DNA of 64,000 nucleotides, from contig NC_092347.1 in NCBI RefSeq assembly GCF_963676685.1, positions 17,174,001-17,238,000 on the forward strand, written 5' to 3'. The position numbers and the translations under genes were made by a program. The stretch comes from Mytilus edulis (taxonomy: Eukaryota). The notes under the pieces were generated by a model. The model was given only the letters and a program-made list of their open reading frames with translations. It did no database searches and was not told the origin of the DNA. This document shows positions 1 through 13,136 of the stretch, in pieces. Numbering within the stretch: position 1 is the stretch's first letter; the number at the start of each line of letters is the position of its first letter.

Positions 1-251
1 CTTTAAGAATTTTTTGTTTCAATTTTCACTTCTTGTTTTCTAATTATTCTTCTTTGCGTAATATCATTTACAGGTTCACTTCGAACAAGAAATTAAAGTT
101 TAAATATGCTAAATGAATCGTTTTCTTGTAGTTTCGATCAATTGTAAACTTTCAATTCTAAAGTAAAACTTTGTCTTAAATATTCACGAAAATGTTTCAA
201 CTTTGTCAAAGCTATGAAAATACTACTACAGTAATATTTCTTCTTCAACAG

Positions 252-1243
252 TTGCCGATTTCTCCGTAGTAAAGACCGTCAACGAAATAGTTACCCTCTC
301 CTAACCTTTCCTGAAATGTACATTTTAGAGGGCGGCTACAAACAGTTTTACCAGAACCATAAGGTAATAATCAGATTTTATCTACGTGCAACATATGAAT
401 CGTATTTAAATAATTTTCATTATTATTAGGGGCGGATTCAGCCATTTTTAAAAGGGGGTTTCTAATCCAGGATAAAAAGGGGGTCCAACCATATGTCCTC
501 ATTCAAATTCATTGATCTCATTGGTCGTCATAAAGGGGAATTCCAACCTCCGGAACCCCTCCTCTCCTAATTATTGTCACACAATATGCTTTCGTTACTC
601 TTTGTTATTGTTTTTTTATAATCTCTTGCACGTTAAAGACACCCTTATAGATTTCGAAAAAGAGCAGGCTAATGCCGCTTCAAGGCAGCACTTGCACACA
701 AAGTGGAAAAGGATTAATATAAGTTGCAAAACTTGTTTCCCTATCCACTATAAATAAATAAGTTTGAATTAACTATTATATTTTAGTTCAATCTGTCATT
801 TTGTCTCAGTATATTGTATGATTAAACTGGGTTAAATTCAAGAACAGAACATGCAATATCAATATGTGTTTAAGACATTTTGTCAATTTATATACTAGTA
901 AACGTAAATATCGTTTTTTAAAGTGCTTTTCTAAGTCACTCATGCCACGGTTGTCCTACTAGTGCATTTTGCGAATGATAGTAAGCAGTCTAAAATACAC
1001 TCAGTTACTACTCAAGTTTAAACTGAGATTAAATACTTTGAAATGAGTACGATTGATGCCATGATGGCACTTCTGTTAGTATGAGCTACATTTTTTGGAA
1101 TGTTTCAGGAACTATGTGAACCAGTTGACTATGTTCCCATGCTACATAAAGACCATGTGGATGACATCAAACGATTTCGTTCTAAATCTAAATCTTGGAC
1201 TGCTGGAGAGAAAAAGAGAATACCTTTCTGTCTGTATTCCTGA
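252..1243 (+). CDS. cdc25: Cdc25 phosphatase, copy 1: last two coding exons (252-363, 1109-1243); upstream exons lie outside the window
   Basis: AG/GT-bounded exons translate to [37 protein letters not shown] and [44 protein letters not shown], the Cdc25 C-terminal catalytic region ([11 protein letters not shown], YxPM motifs). Same sequence as copy 2. Confidence 0.9.
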
Positions 1244-1268
1244 TGTCAGAACCTTACAACAAAGTAAT

Positions 1269-1430
1269 CCAAAAGTTCGCTCACCTGAACTTCAAACCAA
1301 ATGAAAGCATTGCCACTAAAGTTCGCTCAACTGAACCACAAACCGAATAAAGCATGCAGTGCGACAAACCAGTGATCCAAAAGTTCGTTCACCTGAACTT
1401 TTAACCAAATGATAGCAGTACTAGTGCCAC
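1269..1430 (+). repeat. Three imperfect ~36-bp direct repeats in the cdc25 3' UTR (also 12134-12295)
   Basis: aaagttcgctcacctgaacttcaaaccaaatga-like motif at ~1271, ~1318 and ~1380. Confidence 0.75.
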
Positions 1431-2272
1431 TAATTAGTGATTGGTCATTATCACCATATTCATCTGCTATCAAATATGATGGTGTATTCTTCAGTAAGCG
1501 TGTTATAAGAATGCAAAATTCAGCTTCTCAAGTTAAAGATATATCTAGGGAACAAGACATTTATGACACGAATCGCCAGTTCTGAGGTTGCTGAAAAAAC
1601 TGTCTATAAAAAAACCTTTTAAAGACAAAAAAACGAGCTCATTTAATAGAATGACAACACAGTTATGAAGCAAAAGTTATGACCTCGGACTTTTATATGA
1701 TAATTTCATACAGTTCTTCTATCATGAAATCAGATATGTTTCTTTTTTTCATTTTTCATGCTCAAGTAAACTTTATCATGTTTTATTATATAAATAACGA
1801 AATTTCGAGAAAAAATTGTTTTCAAATCTCTTTCACAGCCGTAAACTTTTCACAATACTAAATATTTCATTTATGCTAAAATTTACATTTAAAAAAAAAT
1901 AATGTATTAAAATATCCAATTCAACAAAGATCAATGTAATGCTGACAATTAACTGCAGAGGGGTTTCAAACGGAAGATCTGTATTGCAAATTTAAGAAAT
2001 GTACATACTATACAGCTTGCAGTGGACTAAACATACTCTTATTATGATAAGTTCCCTGGCCATCTTGATCATGAGTTGTGTGTTCCATATGCAATTGCCA
2101 GACACGTAAGATTAAAATAAAAGATCAATTTCGATATAAAACTTTTTAAAAAGAACTTTTTATGATCGTCAGTTTACAAGTATAGTCTTTTCAAAATAGT
2201 TTGTACAATTTTACCATTTGAATGCAATCATCAAAACGCACTTCAACCGGCATATAGAACAAACTCAGCTGA

Positions 2273-5200
2273 TTACAACTGAATGGGTTTCCTTAACTGT
2301 GATAGACAATCGTCAACTTGATGAGAAATATATTTCGCTGTATTGGAATGAGATTTCGATTGGTCTCGTGATATTTGCTGTTCACCTAATGTCCCATTGC
2401 TATCCGCCATGTTATGTATATATCGATTAGTACGCTTTTTAAGGGGTCGTGTATCCATTGGTGTTGTGACTTGTCTCCCAGGGATTGTATTATGGTTAAT
2501 ATAACTATCAGAATGATCATTACAATCTATCACCATATTTTTTGAACTGATGTCTGAGTCGGAGCTGCTATTTTCGGAATCTATTTCAATGGCAGAATTG
2601 CTTTCATAACGTTCCTCGTTTTCATGTCCTCCCAGAACGTTGATGGCATTTGTTATGCTGTTACCAAAACTGGTATCCATTTTATCATTTTGTCTGTTGT
2701 CGTCGTCCTGCCTTGTAAGAGTCAAAGCAACAGGTATTGGACATATATCAAAGTCACTGGGACAGTTAACAATCTCAGCTTTCTCTTCAACAAAAAACGT
2801 GTCCAGCTTCTCTGATTGTTCTGAAGGTTTTTGTTGCTGGTCATTTCTTAAGTATTGTTGCCAGCTGAAAAATAGAAGTGTAAAATCAAAAGTAGTCACT
2901 GTAGACACATTACCATTTGCATTTATTATTGGTTTCATTTCCAGAACTGGTAGATACATTTGTTTTTATTAAATTCTTACAAAATCATCCACATTTAGTT
3001 TATCGTCTTCTCCCTTTTCTTTTTCTCTACAGAAGTAGGTACAATGTATATGTTATTGAAGAGGTTCTTACCTTGAGACATCCACATTTAGTTTATCGTC
3101 TTCTCCCTTTTCCTTTTCTCTACAGAAGTAGGTACAATGTATATGTAATTGAAGAGGTTCTTACCTTGAGACATCCACATTTAGTTTATCGTCTTCACCC
3201 TTTTCCTTTTCTCTACAGAAGTAGGTACAATGTATATGTAATTGAAGAGGTTCTTACCTTGAGACATCCACATTTAGTTTATCGTCTTCACCCTTTTCCT
3301 TTTCTCTACAGAAGTAGGTACAATGTATATTTAATTGAAGAGGTTCTTACCTTGAGACATCCACATTTAGTTTATCGTCTTCTCCCTTTTCCTTTTCTCT
3401 ACAGAAGTAGGTACAATGTATATGTAATTGAAGAGGTTCTTACCTTGAGACATCCACATTTAGTTTATCGTTTTCACCCTTTTCCTTTTCTCTACAGAAG
3501 TAGGTACAATTATATGTAATTGAAGAGGTTCTTACCTTGAGACATCAACATTTAGTTTATCGTCTTCACCCTTTTCCTTTTCTCTACAGAAGTAGGTACA
3601 ATGTATATGTAATTGAAGAGGTTCTTACCTTGAGACATCCACATTTAGTTTATCGTCTTCTCCCTTTTCCTTTTCTCTACAGAAGTAGGTACAATGTATA
3701 TGTAATTGAAGAGGTTCTTACCTTGAGACATCCACATTTAGTTTATCGTCTTCTCCCTTTTCCTTTTCTCTAAAGAAGTAGGTAGAATGTATATGTAATT
3801 GAAGAGGTTCTTACCTTGAGACATCCACATTTAGTTTATCGTCTTCACCCTTTTCATTTTCTCTACAGAAGTAGGTACAATGTATATGTAATTGAAGAGG
3901 TTCTTACCTTGAGACATCCACATTTAGTTTATCGTCTTCTCCCTTTTCCTTTTCTCTAAAGAAGTAGGTAGAATGTATATGTAATTGAAGAGGTTCTTAC
4001 CTTGAGACATCTACATTTAGTTTATCGTCTTCTCCCTTTTCTTTTTCTCTACAGAAGTAGGTACAATGTATATGTAATTGAAGAGGTTCTTACCTTGAGA
4101 CATCCACATTTAGTTTATCGACTTCACCCTTTTCCTTTTCTCTACAGAAGTAGGTACAATGTATATGTTATTGAAGAGGTTCTTACCTTGAGACATCCAC
4201 ATTTAGTTTATCGTCTTCTCCCTTTTCCTTTTCTCTACAGAAGTAGGTACAATGTATATGTTATTGAAGAGGTTCTTACCTTGAGACATCCACATTTAGT
4301 TTATCGTCTTCACCCTTTTCCTTTTCTCTACAGAAGTAGGTACAATGTATATGTTATTGAAGAGGTTCTTACCTTGAGACATCCACATTTAGTTTATCGT
4401 CTTCTCCCTTTTCCTTTTCTCTACAGAAGTAGGTACAATGTATTTGTAATTGAAGAGGTTCTTACCTTGAGACATCCACATTTAGTTTATCGTCTTCTCC
4501 ATTTTCCTTTTCTCTACAGAAGTAGGTACAATGTATATGTAATTGAAGAGGTTCTTACCTTGAGACATCCACATTTAGTTTATCGTCTTCTCCCTTTTCT
4601 TTTTCTCTACAGAAGTAGGTACAATGTATATGTTATTGAAGAGGTTCTTACCTTGAGACATCCACATTTAGTTTATCGTCTTCACCCTTTTCCTTTTCTC
4701 TACAGAAGTAGGTACAATGTATATGTAATTGAAGAGGTTCTTACCTTGAGACATCCACATTTAGTGTATCGTCTTCTCCCTTTTCCTTTTCTCTACAGAA
4801 GTAGGTACAATGTATATGTAATTGAAGAGGTTCTTACCTTGAGACATCCACATTTAGTTTATCGTCTTCTCCCTTTTCCTTTTCTCTACAGAAGTAGGTA
4901 GAATGTATATGTTATTGAAGAGGTTCTTACCTTGAGACATCCACATTTAGTTTATCGTCTTCACCCTTTTCCTTTTCTCTACAGAAGTAGGTACAATGTA
5001 TATGTTATTGAAGAGGTTCTTACCTTGAGACATCCACATTTAGTTTATCGTCTTCTCCCTTTTCCTTTTCTCTACAGAAGTAGGTACAATGTATATGTAA
5101 TTGAAGAGGTTCTTACCTTGAGACATCCACATTTAGTTTATCGTCTTCACCCTTTTCCTTTTCTCTACAGAAGTAGGTACAATGTATATGTTATTGAAGA

Positions 5201-5756
5201 GGTTCTTACCTTGAGACATCCACATTTAGTTTATCGTCTTCACCCTTTTCCTTTTCTCTACAGAAGTAGGTACAATGTATATATTATTGAAGAGGTTCTT
5301 ACCTTGAGACATCCACATTTAGTTTATCGTACAATGTATATGTTATTAAAGAGGTTCTTACCTTGAGACATCCACATTTAGTTTATCGTCTTCTCCCTTT
5401 TCCTTTTCTCTACAGAAGTAGGTACAATGTATATGTTATTGAAGAGGTTCTTACCTTGAGACATCCACATTTAGTTTATCGTCTTCTCCCTTTTCCTTTT
5501 CTCTACAGAAGTAGGTACAATGTATATGTAGTTGAGGAGGTTCTTACCTTGAGACATCCACATTTAGTTTATCGTCTTCTCCCTTTTCCTTTTCTCTACA
5601 GAATTAGGTACAATGTATATGTTATTGAAGAGGTTCTTACCTTGAGACATCCACATTTAGTTTATCGTCTTCTCCCTTTTCCTTTTCTCTACAGAAGTAG
5701 GTACAATGTATATGTAATTGAAGAGGTTCTTACCTTGAGACATCCACATTTAGTTT
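2273..5756 (-). pseudogene. Orphan duplicate of the SoxH 3' end (terminal exon 2864-2273 plus ~30 array units), lacking HMG and 5' exons
   Basis: The 228-aa ORFs at 2273 and 13137 differ at only 2 residues. Homology stops abruptly mid-unit at 5756. Confidence 0.8.
2986..5756. repeat. 93-bp tandem array, ~30 units (copy 1)
   Basis: Unit gagacatccacatttagtttatcgtcttctcccttttccttttctctacagaagtaggtacaatgtatatgtaattgaagaggttcttacctt. One internally deleted unit near 5330. Confidence 0.97.
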
Positions 5757-6059
5757 CTATTCATGTGGGATATTTTTAAAGTATATTATATAACTATACA
5801 AATCCTTGTTATCTAATTGTAAACAAAAACTTAGTAAATTATGTGTTTTGGTTAAATATACATATTGGAATCACCTATTAAAAATTTCAAACAATGAACA
5901 CTGACAAAGGCAAACTTGACACTTATTTCATTTATTAAACTTTGTTTTCAAAAAGAAAAAATATTTAGATATCATTGATTTTAAAAAAGGCAGTTCATAT
6001 GTTAATTAAGAATCTGTGCTCACCCATTACATTAGGAATTAAAAATGCCAGATTCTCAA

Positions 6060-6290
6060 AAAATTGTATTGTACAGCTGATAAAGTTGAGGATGAGCGTC
6101 ATTTTCCAATCGCATGCCCACTTTATTATATTTGAGGAATGAACTCATTCAGCATATTTCTAGCACTTGTCAGAACTTTAAAAAGTTAAATAAACATGAT
6201 GAATCTTTTTTTTATTTGTTTTGATGTTAACACAAGAAAACTTTACTATTATGGGAAAAAATTCTTATTATATTGTTAGCTCTTTTGAAT
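6060..6290 (+). mobile_element. Degenerate 3' relic of a non-LTR retrotransposon (CR1/L2/Crack-like C-terminal Cys-His motif)
   Basis: Broken frame reads KVEDERHFPIACPLYY.LRNELIQHISSTCQNF, resembling the ED-E-HF-x2-C-x2-Y motif found downstream of the RT domain. Confidence 0.55.
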
Positions 6291-6639
6291 TTTGAAGCAC
6301 AAGTCTTGATACTGACTGTTATTTGGTTTCCGGGTTTATTGAAATCAGCTATATCGTGTGATGCTTTTTCAGATTAACAACTCAGCAACTTCATGTTTAC
6401 CGAAATATTTGGGCAGGGGTTTCATCAGTAGCTCGCACTGACTTTCACTTATTGTTCATTATATGCTCTTTATAGACCCTGCAATTTCGAAAATGAAATA
6501 TTCTTTTCTGTTCTATTCTATATGCAGATTTCGAATTGAGTATATACTTAGAAAGTATTCGAACTACCTTAGTCCTATGTTATATATACGGTGTTATTTC
6601 TTAAAATATGTTATAACATAGACGTACATGTAATAATAC

Positions 6640-7009
6640 CCCCGGGGCGGGGGGGGGGGGGCTGTTACTTGCTATATTTTTAGTGGTAAAGGTGTGCCGC
6701 AAAACAGGGTCACTTTTTCATGCCCTGCTTGTTAGAACAGGGTCTCTCTTTCATGTCCTGTTAGTTAGAACAGGGTCGCTTTTTATGCCTTGTTGACTAG
6801 AACAGGATCTCGTATTCAACTGTTGAAGATACAGTCTAGAACCCGGGTCTAGAACTGCATCTTATTTTATACGGTCTAGAACAGGTTATACATTTTCTGA
6901 GCATGTATAGAAGAGGGTGTGTTTTCAATGTTTTCTGGTTAGAACAGGGTATAATTTGGCAAGTGCTGTCGGCACAGTTATACTCGAAAGGATATCAGTA
7001 ACCCCCCGG
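6640..7009. mobile_element. MITE with CCCCGGGG...GTTACT / AGTAAC...CCGG termini, 8-bp TSD and internal ~30-bp repeats
   Basis: aataatac at 6632-6639 and 7010-7017; internal motif tagaacagggt repeated ~8 times. Confidence 0.7.
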
Positions 7010-7055
7010 AATAATACAGACATACACATTTTATTTTACCCTGATACCCTGATAA

Positions 7056-7135
7056 GTGTCGGACTTATGGGTTGTCGGATTATTGGGCTGTCGGAGCAAT
7101 GGGTTGTCGGACTATTGGGCTGTCGGAATAATGGC
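7056..7135. repeat. ~16-17-bp minisatellite (tgtcggactattgggc-like, ~5 copies)
   Basis: Direct inspection. Confidence 0.7.
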
Positions 7136-8349
7136 GTGTAACCGATCTTTGTGGTATGTCGGTATACCATCTTTTTTGCAAATTTATGGTTTTCAGTTGA
7201 AATTAAATTTATTAAGATCAATTTTGTTACATCTAATGATCTGTTTATTTGGCAAGGGCCATGGAAGTCAGCAGGGGTTAAGAATGTCTGTTGTTAGACC
7301 TGTAAATTCGTTAAAAATTAGAAAATATGGTGCGAAGTTAACGAGAAAGCTCTCAAAAGGGACCAAATGACGTATGATCTAGCAACTTTTGGTCATCTTT
7401 CGGCCTTCAACAATAGGAAAAAACAATACTAGCTTATATAGCGAGTTATAACAGTCCCGAATTAGCAAATGCAACACAATTTTAACGAGAAATCCTAATT
7501 TTCAAAACAATCAACGAAAAACAAGAGTGATATACAATAAAATCTTTAAAATGGTAAATTTAGTGATACTATTCCTATATTATATTACAGTCAGTGTTGA
7601 ATAACAACCTTTACTTTTATATCCACTATTAAAATAATTCCGAATTAACCGCTTCTTACCGTTCTTAACTAAAATGGAAAGAATGTTAACTCTTTGATTT
7701 GATTATTTCTGTAATATGCATTTTTATTTAAAGCCCTATAGACATATAAGACACGTTTATGATAATTGTAATTAATCTACATAATAACAATTTAAAAATG
7801 ATTTAAAACAATGAAAACGATTATGCTGATGTGTTGTTTGGTGTCAAATCTTACAAAATGGCTGTTGGCTGAATATAAGCAATGACGATCCGAGTGTGTC
7901 ACAGCTAAAAGCAGTTTACACGTCTGCTCACTCGGCTCGTGCACTCTCACGTTAAATTGTTTGTGGCTCAAGGTGTTATAATAAGGCAAAACTCTTGTTA
8001 AAAGGTGAGAAAAATTGTTCAAAGGTGAGAAATTGATAATTGGTCCGTTATTATTGGACATTTCTTTTAGAATGCTTATATATATAGATAAAAACTCAAA
8101 CTTCTTCAAATTTATTAAAACTTGATTTGCCAAATAGATGGTAAGGCATGTATAGTTTTCTATTTATGTTAACTTATTCTTATATTGATACACGTGTATT
8201 TTAACAAGTTTAGATATCACTGCAGTTATTTGTTTCCAGTGTTCTTCTGCATGTAAATTATCTACCACATGTTTTTTATTGGACCCTTTCAAAACCATTA
8301 TACCTGCTTTCTACTTTTCAGCATTCACGGTAATTCCTATGAAAGAAAT

Positions 8350-11300
8350 ATGTCTGTTTTATGTGAATTACCCAGTCGAGCAATGGATTATGAAGAAGAT
8401 GATATAACAGATTTAATCTCTCCACCTGACTTTCTTCAAAAGGTAAGCTGGCAAACTGGCGCATACTCAAACGAAACACAACTGTTAACAAAGACTTTCT
8501 CAGTTCCGTTTAGATTTTTTTTTTTTCGATTACAAAAATTGGAATAACTCCAAAATCTCCTTTCCTCGATAACTTTGCATACCTACCTGAAAAAGTTAAA
8601 TTTCGATGAAACCCAAGAATTTTGGCTTGTTAAGAAAATATTTATTTGCTTAACCATACATAAATTTATTTGTAGTTTCGATACATGTAAGATTATCGGT
8701 TATTTGAATTAACTTATTCTAAAAGGTTATCAATTTAAAATCTTTATACAATGTAAGAACATGTTTGTGAAGTTAGCGGCCAAGGATCTCTGCATATTGT
8801 TTTTATCGCTTCTAACATTGTTTTTGTTATCAAGTCATTAAAACATAAACTTATGGTTTTAACATCCTGCCAATAATTTATTTGGAATTGGGCAGTGACA
8901 TGCTTTCCTAGACGTCTCTATACAAAATCCATCGGATGTGTACAAATTGATATTTTGTCTTCGAAACATGATTTATTTCATTTGCTTTCAACTAGCTTTC
9001 AGTTTAACTGCGAGTACTCTCAGATCAGTACTTTGTATCATTAGTGTTTTGTTAGTTGTTATGGGCTTGGTATCGATCTGATGACTCAAACTCTTTTCGC
9101 CTGATTTTTTTGTAAGTGCTTATGTTGTGATGTTGCACTTCCGACCCAGCTTAGGTTGAGGGTCGCGCATCTTCAAACATGTCTAACCCAGTCATATTCT
9201 GTATGTGCATATCCCAAGGGATTCATTATGTGTCGAATAATATTTAAAAAAAATAGACGTCAACTCTGATGACTGACAAGGTTGAGAATCTAATTATTCT
9301 AGTTTCTATTTTATCATTATGTCCACTGACTGCTTCACTGCAAACCCATCATGTATATACATCATTTTTCAGGACAAGAATGTCAGTTATAACAGAAAAA
9401 CAAAACGAACGTCGTTAATGTCATTAGATCTGGGTAGTCCTTCACGACTTCATCCTGTCAAAAGATTTAAACAATCTTTGTCGTTCGGGGTATGTAAACA
9501 CCTTTTTAAGCTAGTGCTATTGCTCCCATTTGTCTCTATGTACAAAGTTGTATAGAAATTGCTAAGATATTTAAAAAAAAAAACTCCTTTTATCATCAAT
9601 ATTTACTCCTTTAATATTCGTGTTTGTCTATGATTATTATTTTCTTCTTCATATTCCTGCATTTTAATAAATTTTACTTATTACAGTGTTCAATTTTTTT
9701 CAGGATATGATTTGTGATCCGATTATTGAATCGAAGGTTGTTGTTAATGACATGTCAGGCGACAATTATATGATAGGAGACGGGAGTCGAAGGTATGCCC
9801 TTCCTACAATGACGGGGACAAACCCTGACCTAAAGACTATCTCACATGATACTGTAAGTTTGAGAAAATTCAACCCAGCTAAAACTTCCTATTGTGACAA
9901 AGAGTTTCAGTGATGTTCGTTACGAACTAGAATGAAATATTTGCCACTGTACGATGAGAAAACACAAATCAATCAATCAATCTCAGTGATATTTCTTTCA
10001 ACTATTCTATATTTATCAATCTTTCCAGGTTTGCTAGACAGGCCATTGCATTTTTAAAACTTGACATTGCAGACAATAAAAACGGCAGAGTTTTCTGTAT
10101 AGACATATCTATATTATACACACGTCAATTCTTTTGTAGAACGTGTTAAAGCCCTTATATCTCAATACTTTTTTTTCAGATGTCAAGCGTTATAAATGGT
10201 AGTTATGATGAAGTTTTATCCAGTTATCGTATCATTGACTGCAGATACCCCTATGAATATGAAGGTGGTCATATCAAGGTCAGTACAAGGATATCAATGT
10301 ATAGCATTCTCGGCCTCACTGTATCATAAAGCAGTGCGATTTAAATATAAAGGTTAATGGTACATCATATGTGGACAAGTTTTTTTTATTTTTATTTTAT
10401 GCAATTGGAAATATCCCTGCACCAAAATGTCGGTATATATGAACATTTTTTGCATGAGATAGAAAAAAAAGACAACGGTAATAGGATAGAAAAAAATAAT
10501 AATATTAAAATGAGGCATGAAGAACTACTACTTCCAATTGCAATGATTATTTCGGTTGTAACTATGTTTGTCTCAGTAAACAAATATCAGTAAAGAGTAT
10601 TCTATACAAAGGAAATATATAGTGAAGTACATTAGGAACTGAATTTGTTTCTTTTTTCTTTGTAGAATGCAGAAAACATTTATGCCAAAAATGGAATAAT
10701 AGAATTCCTTGAAGATAATTGTTGCGTTACGAAAAGGCAGGTGCTCATTTTTCATTGCGAATTTTCGTCCGAAAGAGGACCCAAGCTGTAAGTCAACACT
10801 GTATAATTATACCTTAAAATTGTCATACGTAACTGAAATCATGTACTAGTATACGTCGTGTAAATCTTTAAGAATTTTTTGTTTCAATTTTCACTTCTTG
10901 TTTTCTAATTATTCTTCTTTGCGTAATATCATTTACAGGTTCACTTCGAACAAGAAATTAAAGTTTAAATATGCTAAATGAATCGTTTTCTTGTAGTTTC
11001 GATCAATTGTAAACTTTCAATTCGAAAGTAAAACTTTGTCTTAAATATTCACGAAAATGTTTCAACTTTGTCAAAGCTATGAAAATACTACTACAGTAAT
11101 ATTTCTTCTTCAACAGTTGCCGATTTCTCCGTAGTAAAGACCGTCAACGAAATAGTTACCCTCTCCTAACCTTTCCTGAAATGTACATTTTAGAGGGCGG
11201 CTACAAACAGTTTTACCAGAACCATAAGGTAATAATCAGATTTTATCTACGTGCAACATATGAATCGTATTTAAATAATTTTCATTATTATTAGGGGCGG

Positions 11301-12108
11301 ATTCAGCCATTTTTAAAAGGGGTTTCTAATCCAGGATAAAAAGGGGTCCAACCATATGTCCTCATTCAAATTAATTGATCTCATTGGTCGTCATAAAGGG
11401 GAATTCCAACCTCCGGAACCCCTCCTCTCCTAATTATTGTCACACAATATGCTTTCGTTACTCTTTGTTATTGTTTTTTTTTATAATCTCTTGCACTTTA
11501 AAGACACCCTTATAGATTTCGAAAAAGAGCAGGCTAATGCCGCTTCAAGGCAGCACTTGCACACAAAGTGGAAAAGGATTAATATAAGTTGCAAAACTTG
11601 TTTCCCTATCCACTATAAATAAATAAGTTTGAATTAACTATTATATTTTAGTTCAATCTGTCATTTTGTCTCAGTATATTGTATGATTAAACTGGGTTAA
11701 ATTCAAGAACAGAACATGCAATATCAATATGTGTTTAAGACATTTTGTCAATTTATATACTAGTAAACGTAAATATCGTTTTTTAAAGTGCTTTTCTAAG
11801 TCACTCATGCCACGGTTGTCCTACTAGTGCATTTTGCGAATGATAGTAAGCAGTCTAAAATACACTCAGTTACTACTCAAGTTTAAACTGAGATTAAATA
11901 CTTTGAAATGAGTACGATTGATGCCATGATGGCACTTCTGTTAGTATGAGCTACATTTTTTGGAATGTTTCAGGAACTATGTGAACCAGTTGACTATGTT
12001 CCCATGCTACATAAAGACCATGTGGATGACATCAAACGATTTCGTTCTAAATCTAAATCTTGGACTGCTGGAGAGAAAAAGAGAATACCTTTCTGTCTGT
12101 ATTCCTGA
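8350..12108 (+). CDS. cdc25: Cdc25 (M-phase inducer) phosphatase, copy 2; exons 8350-8442, 9373-9489, 9704-9853, 10180-10278, 10666-10787, 11117-11228, 11974-12108; 275 aa if it starts at ATG 8350
   Basis: All junctions are GT-AG and phase-compatible. Contains [16 protein letters not shown] and the catalytic loop [13 protein letters not shown] (HCX5R). The start codon is uncertain. Confidence 0.92.
8990..9240 (+). repeat. Dispersed repeat fragment in a cdc25 intron; related fragment at ~22530-22580
   Basis: Shared actgcga(g/a)tactctcagatcagtactttgt core. Confidence 0.55.
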
Positions 12109-13136
12109 TGTCAGAACCTTACAACAAAGTAATCCAAAAGTTCGCTCACCTGAACTTCAAACCAAATGAAAGCATTGCCACTAAAGTTCGCTCAACTGAA
12201 CCACAAACCGAATAAAGCATGCAGTGCGACAAACCAGTGATCCAAAAGTTCGTTCACCTGAACTTTTAACCAAATGATAGCAGTACTAGTGCCACTAATT
12301 AGTGATTGGTCATTATCACCATATTCATCTGCTATCAAATATGATGGTGTATTCTTCAGTAAGCGTGTTATAAGAATGCAAAATTCAGCTTCTCAAGTTA
12401 AAGATATATCTAGGGAACAAGAAATTTATGACACGAATCGCCAGTTCTGAGGTTGCTGAAAAAACTGTCTATAAAAAAACCTTTTAAAGACAAAAAAACG
12501 AGCTCATTTAATAGAATGACAACACAGTTATGAAGCAAAAGTTATGACCTCGGACTTTTATATGATAATTTCATACAGTTCTTCTATCATGAAATCAGAT
12601 ATGTTTCTTTTTTTCATTTTTCATGCTCAAGTAAACTTTATCATGTTTTATTATATAAATAACGAAATTTCGAGAAAAAATTGTTTTCAAATCTCTTTCA
12701 CAGCCGTAAACTTTTCACAATACTAGTATTTCATTTATGCTAAAAATTACATTTAAAAAAAAATAATGTATTAAAATATCCAATTCAACAAAGATCAATG
12801 TAATGCTGACAATTAACTGCAGAGGGGTTTCAAACGGAAGATCTGTATTGCAAATTTAAGAAATGTACATACTATACAGCTTGCAGTGGACTAAACATAC
12901 TCTTATTATGATAAGTTCCCTGGCCATCTTGATCATGAGTTGTGTGTTCCATATGCAATTGCCAGACACGTAAGATTAAAATAAAAGATCAATTTCGATA
13001 TAAAACTTTATAAAAAGAACTTTTTATGATCGTCAGTTTACAAGTATAGTCTTTTCAAAATAGTTTGTACAATTTTACCATTTGAATGCAATCATCAAAA
13101 CGCACTTCAACCGGCATATAGAACAAACTCAGCTGA

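Larger units (their letters stand above)
1..5756. repeat. Segmental tandem duplication, copy 1 (matches 10866 onward, offset ~10,865 bp)
   Basis: Base 1 'ctttaagaatttttt' recurs at 10866. Intergenic, intronic and exonic sequence is near-identical up to the satellite, with scattered SNPs and 1-bp indels. Confidence 0.95.

Noticed and set aside
512-2972. Short 60-110-aa ORFs here and throughout intergenic and repeat DNA
   Set aside because: Low-complexity AT-rich or antisense/alternative-frame translations with no motifs or splice support.
2986-5756. CRISPR-like array
   Set aside because: No unique spacers; whole units repeat; eukaryotic context with no cas genes.
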